Source of the DNA: an uncultured delta proteobacterium
GTDB taxonomy: Bacteria > Desulfobacterota > RBG-13-43-22
Assembly: GCA_963843145.1 (NCBI GenBank)
Contig: CAWJJC010000016.1
Location: 1-30,976, forward strand
Direction of reading: 5' to 3'
DNA: 30,976 bases
Every line of letters starts with the position of its first letter. The first letter of the stretch is position 1. Positions 26,355 through 30,976 of this stretch are shown here, piece after piece. Below the pieces are notes generated by a model that did not search any database, was not told where the DNA came from, and worked only from the letters and a program-made list of their open reading frames with translations. Made by a program: the position numbers and the translations under genes.

Positions 26355-27014
26355 TTAGACGAGCAGCCCTTTTTCCCGGGCATAGGAGGTCAAAGCGGCA
26401 ATCGAGTGCAAATTCAGTTTTTCCATCAGGTTCGACCGGTGTTTCTCCACCGTGTTGAGGCTGATGCAGAGGTAATCGGCCATTTGCTTGCTGGTATGCC
26501 CCTCGCCGATCAACTTCAGGACTTCCCTTTCCCGGTTGGTCAAAGTATCCCAACGGGTCTGAAGGTGTTCATCCTTTTCCCCGGCCAGATAGCCTTCAAT
26601 CACCTTATCCGATATGCTTGGACTGAGCACCCGTTTACCGGCCAGGATGCTTTCGATGGCCTGGATCAGTTCGCCCCGGGTGGAATCCTTCAGGATATAC
26701 CCGTCGGCCCCGGTCTTGAGGGCGGCCCGCACATATTCTTCCGAATCGTTGACCGTCAGGGCCATGATTTTTATCTTGGGCCACCGCTTCCTAATCTCCC
26801 GGATAGCCTCCACCCCGCCCATTCGCGGCATGGACAGGTCCATCAGAATCAGATCCGGAGACAACTTCTCCGCGGCCCAAATCGCTTCGCGGCCGTCCCC
26901 GGCCTCACCGAGAACTTCCAGGTCTGGGTGCGAGGAAAGTAGGGCTCGTAATCCTTCGCGAAGAATAGTGTGGTCTTCAACGATAAGAATGCCTTTTTTT
27001 TCACTAGCGGACAT
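26355..27014 (-). CDS. NarL/LuxR-family response regulator
   Basis: ILIVEDH, DLILMDLSMP, GYILK, LTNREREVL..TVEKHRSNLMEKL; start at 27014 or 27017. Confidence 0.95.
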   Translation of the reverse strand: MSASEKKGILIVEDHTILREGLRALLSSHPDLEVLGEAGDGREAIWAAEKLSPDLILMDLSMPRMGGVEAIREIRKRWPKIKIMALTVNDSEEYVRAALKTGADGYILKDSTRGELIQAIESILAGKRVLSPSISDKVIEGYLAGEKDEHLQTRWDTLTNREREVLKLIGEGHTSKQMADYLCISLNTVEKHRSNLMEKLNLHSIAALTSYAREKGLLV

Positions 27015-27144
27015 CATCTCCTCCAGGCATTATGGATTCCCTCGGGCTCGAAATTTCGGGTCCCGGGGTTACCCCGGCCAAAAAAACAGAAAGCAATTAG
27101 CTGGAATTCTAACCAAAAGAAGAAAATATACAACCAAAAACATA

Positions 27145-30100
27145 TTATTCAATTTTTTTTCGCTGCCCCTGCCCACTTATCAACGGCCAGGAGACTTCGA
27201 TCACCGCACCTTGTCCCGGGTGCGATTTAACGGAAAAAGATCCTCCGGATAGTTCCGCCCGCTCTTTCATGCTGGAAAGACCCATCCCCATTGGATGGGA
27301 GTCCGCGTAGTGCTTCGCCGGGAATCAAAGCCCTTCCCGTCGTCTTCTATTGCCAGCCTCAGTTGGTTCCTCTCCCGGCTCAGGGAAATCCGGATATGAG
27401 TAGCTTGGGAGTGCTTCCCGATATTATTCAGGGCCTCCTGGGTTATCCGAAAAATAATGACTTTCAGCTGTTCCGGCACGTCCTCCTCCCGAACTTCCAA
27501 CCGCGGTTCGATCGCTATATCGGGATATATCTTTTGAAATTCCCGAGAATACCAGGTTAGGGTGGGGAGAATCCCCAGGTCATCCAGGAGAGGAGGCCGC
27601 AAATCATTCTGCATCCTCCTGGCTTCCCCGATGATCCCCTGAATGATCGGAATCAGAGGGCCCAGGGTTTCTCCAATTTGCTGACAGATCCTGATCAGGC
27701 AAATGATGAATCAGATCCTCCATTTTGTATTTGAGGGCGCTCAGGGAGGCACCTAAACCGTCATGAATATCCCGGGCGAACTGTCATGCGTTCATTTTCC
27801 TGCACAGATAAAAGCTGATCGGCCAGGGTTCGAAGCTCCCGTTCAGACAGACGCAACGCCTCCTCGGCCACCTGGCGATCGGTGACTTCCTCCAAGGAGA
27901 AAACCAGGAAGGCCGTTTCACCCCGATCGTCCGCTAAGGGGGTCAGGATCCAATCCCAGTAGGTTACTCCCCACTCCGGATGATCCGGGAAAGAAAAGGG
28001 TTTGGCCAAGGCCTGGTAAGGGATCCCGGTTTCCACCACCTTGCGGAAAATTGCCTCATTGTCCTCGTGGGGGTAGAGCTCGAAATGGTTTTTCCCGAGA
28101 AAATCGCTTACCGTCCGCTGGCAGGATCGGGCGTAGGCCTCATTGACCCGGATGAAGTTGAAATCCCGGTCCAAGAGAACCAGAGGGGTAATGGTGTCCT
28201 TGAAAAACGACTCCAATACACGGGATTGCTCCGCCAGGTGCTGATTAGCACTAAGCAGTTCCGCTGTCCGTTCCTCCACCCGAATCTCCAATTCGTCCCG
28301 GCCGGCCTTGATCTCCTCCAACATTCGCATCTTTTCCATGGCCATCGCGACCTGATCTGTCACGGTTTTCATCAGCTCCAGGTCCTGGAGGGAGAAAGAG
28401 GATCGGGTCCTGGTCCCGAAAGACAGCGTGCCCAACAGGCGATCCTGGACTATTAGCGGATGGCAGGCGTAGGCCTGAACGCCAAAACTCCAGACCCGGT
28501 CCGTTCGAATATCGGGCTGCTGGAAGATGTTTTCGGCTATGATCCGCTCCTGGTCCCGAGCCACGCAACCGCAAACTGCCACCCCGTAATCGAGCCATTC
28601 GATCTTCCGAGCTTCTTCCTCAGGAATTCCGGCGTAGGCATTCAGGTGAAGACGCCCCCGAGGTTCGTCGAGCAGAAAATTGAAAAAAACCTGACAATCC
28701 AGATGTTTCATCACCCTGGTGCAGAGTTTCTCGACCTCCTGCTGAGGTGCTGGCGAAGCCAGGAGCGCTCCGGCCGTTTCTGAGAGCAGCCGGAAACGGA
28801 CTTCACTTTCCTTCAGCTTATCCTCGGCCTCTTTTCGCGCCGTGATGTCCTGGGTGGTTCCAAACCCTCCCAAAAGGTTTCCCTTCGAATCAAATTCCAG
28901 TTCGGCCCGCTCACGTACCCACTTTGTTCTTCCATCGACCACGATTCGATGTTCGATATCGTAGGCTTTCCCCTTGAAGGCCGCCACCCATTCCCAATCG
29001 ACGTATGGCCGATCTTGGGGGTGAACGATGGCCAGAAATTTTTCATAGGTCATCGAGGTCCCCCGAGGGACCCGAAAATCCGGTGATTTTCGTCGGACCA
29101 AAGCAGTTCATTGCGTTGAATGTTCAACCGCCAGCTCCCGGTTCGGGCCACGGCCTGGGCTCTGTTCAGATCGTCCCGGCTATCGAACAAGGCCTTTTCG
29201 GTTCGCCGGTGCGCGGTATCGTCGAACACATACCCCGTGATCTGCTGCAGTGCTCCCTGGCGGGTGAAAGTCCCCACCAGGTTTTCCACCACCTGAATGA
29301 TTTCCCCGTCGCGGCGCCGGTGATAACCGGTATATCGTTCCAGAATCCGTTCCTGCTTCAACATCCGCAGTAAGGCATCCCAGTCCTCGCCCTGGAGGTA
29401 CAGGTCGGCTAAATTAGTGCCCAGGGCTTCCTCCCGGCTGCTGAAACCATAAATTCTTAAGAAGGCCGAGTTGCACAGCAGAATGGTCCCATCGGCCGCT
29501 GCCAGAAAGTCTCCCGTCAAGTCTTCTTCAAAAAGATGGCGGTAACGCTCCTCACTTTCCTTTAGAGCTTGCTCCACCTGTTTGCGGTCAGTGATGTCGG
29601 CGTGCATGGCGATGTACCCGACATTTTCCCCTTCCTGGTCCTGGAAAAGTGATGCACTCCAAAGTGTCCAAAATTCCGAACCATCTTTTCGGCGGAACTT
29701 GTATTCTCCGCTACCCTTCTTTTGGCTCTGCAATTTTTGCCTTGTATCCAACACCAATGCTTTTTGTTCTTCGTCCATGAAATCGGGATCGAACTTTCCG
29801 AGAATCTCCTCTTTCGAATAGCCCAACATGTCTGCCCACTTCTGGTTGATGAAGGTTATTTTCCCATCCAACGTTCCGATTACTATTCCTTCGTTGGCTG
29901 TCTCCACAATTCGGCGATAGTTTTCCTCAGAAGCTCGCTTCGCCTCCTCAGCCTTCTTGATCACCTCGATATCGATGACGTGGACCACAAAGCCCTTGAT
30001 CCGGCCCCTTTCGTTAACATCAGGAGTGTAACTGGCTCGGATCCAGCGGCGGTCACCTCTCTGAAACGGCAGTTGGCGTTCGTAGGTGATCGTTTCCCCG

Positions 30101-30807
30101 GAAAGTACTTTTTCCACCCAGGGTTTGATTTGTTTCCATTGCTCCTCCCCGAGAACATCGCTCATTCGCTTTCCCTGAATTTCTTCGACCGTGGAACCAA
30201 ACCATTGGGCGTAGTTTCGATTAACTCGGAGATAGCAACCGTCGGTATTCACATAAGCAATCAAGGCCGGGACGGCGTCCATAACCAGAGAAAGTTCGGC
30301 CTCTTTGGTGCGCAAGGCCTCCTGGGCCTGCACCAGATCGTTTATATCGGTCAACGTTCCCGTCCAGCGGACAATATTTCCTTGGCGGTCTCGGGTCGGC
30401 AAGGCTCGCACCAAAACCCACCGGCCGGAGCCGTCCGCGGTTCGCAGGCGGGAGCGGTAAACTATGACCTGGTCTGTACGCCATATAGCCCTCCAGCGGG
30501 ACTCTTCTCCCGCTATATCCTCTGGAGGAACGGCCCGAAGCCAATCCCGCCCCGCCGTTTCCTCCGGGGTCAGTCCGGTCCATTGCGCCCACCGTTCGCT
30601 GACAAAGGTGTTGTGCCCCTGGGCGTCGGTCTCAAAAATGACACCGGGAGTGGCCTGGACCAGGGCCTGGTACCGCTCAAAGTTTTCCAGCAAGGCCCTT
30701 TCGTACTCCGTCAGGTTTTCGGGAGATGAGCGACTCCTGGCCCGGTCATCGACGAGATTTGAAGGACAAGGTAGGGTTCTGGATTTTTCATGGCCGATCC
30801 ATTTCAA
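27145..30807 (-). CDS. Multi-PAS + GAF sensor histidine kinase (HisKA_3/NarX-type), at least four frameshifts; start uncertain
   Basis: Fragments 29050-30807, 27761-29101 and 27267-27614 join: about five PAS, GAF, PAS, H-box ENERMTVARDIHDGLG, DLRPPLLDDLG, QEALNNIGKH, EDDGKGF, GMGLSSMKERAELSGG, ending at TAA 27145-27147. Shifts near 29072, 27780, 27685 and 27300. Confidence 0.88.
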
Positions 30808-30976
30808 ATCTATCCTTCATAGCCAAATTACCACATCAAACGTTTTTTTGAAAGAAATCCGGATGGAGGAAAACGGGAGTTGCTGCGGGAAGCGGTCGAA
30901 GAGGGGGAAGGCACCGACCGGTTTTCAAGACAGGTACCCGAAACATCCCTCCCCCGGGGGACGGTTCGGCCCGGTC

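Overview
GC-rich genomic window, most likely from an anaerobic diderm Desulfobacterota/Deltaproteobacteria-type bacterium (inferred from gene content, not from a marker gene). In order: (1) the 3' 4 kb of a frameshifted, modular surface protein gene (beta-helix repeats, choice-of-anchor-Q-like domains, Ig-like domains, C-terminal YLPQIRR); (2) an SDR oxidoreductase; (3) a partly AT-rich 5.0-9.0 kb tract that reads as a decayed, integrase-less integron cassette array, with several attC remnants separating a four-helix-bundle gene, a DUF1330-like gene, a VapBC pair, a gene remnant, a methyltransferase and a membrane protein; (4) a heterodimeric MdlAB-like ABC exporter; (5) the best candidate for an undescribed system, a MarR / DsrE2-like / TusA / DsrM-like cytochrome b / DsrK-HdrD-like Fe-S protein / FadL-family channel locus with a repeated candidate operator; (6) alpha-glucan phosphorylase, MtgA and a deacetylase / AcuB-like / pyruvate kinase operon; (7) a small-gene redox cluster ending in ferredoxin and a superoxide reductase-like gene, interrupted by a palindromic MITE with a 6-bp target duplication; (8) a NarL-type regulator and a frameshifted multi-PAS/GAF histidine kinase. 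Frameshifts cluster towards the two window ends and look like long-read consensus errors. No rRNA, tRNA, CRISPR array, integrase or transposase was seen. All family assignments come from motif recognition by eye, not from database searches.
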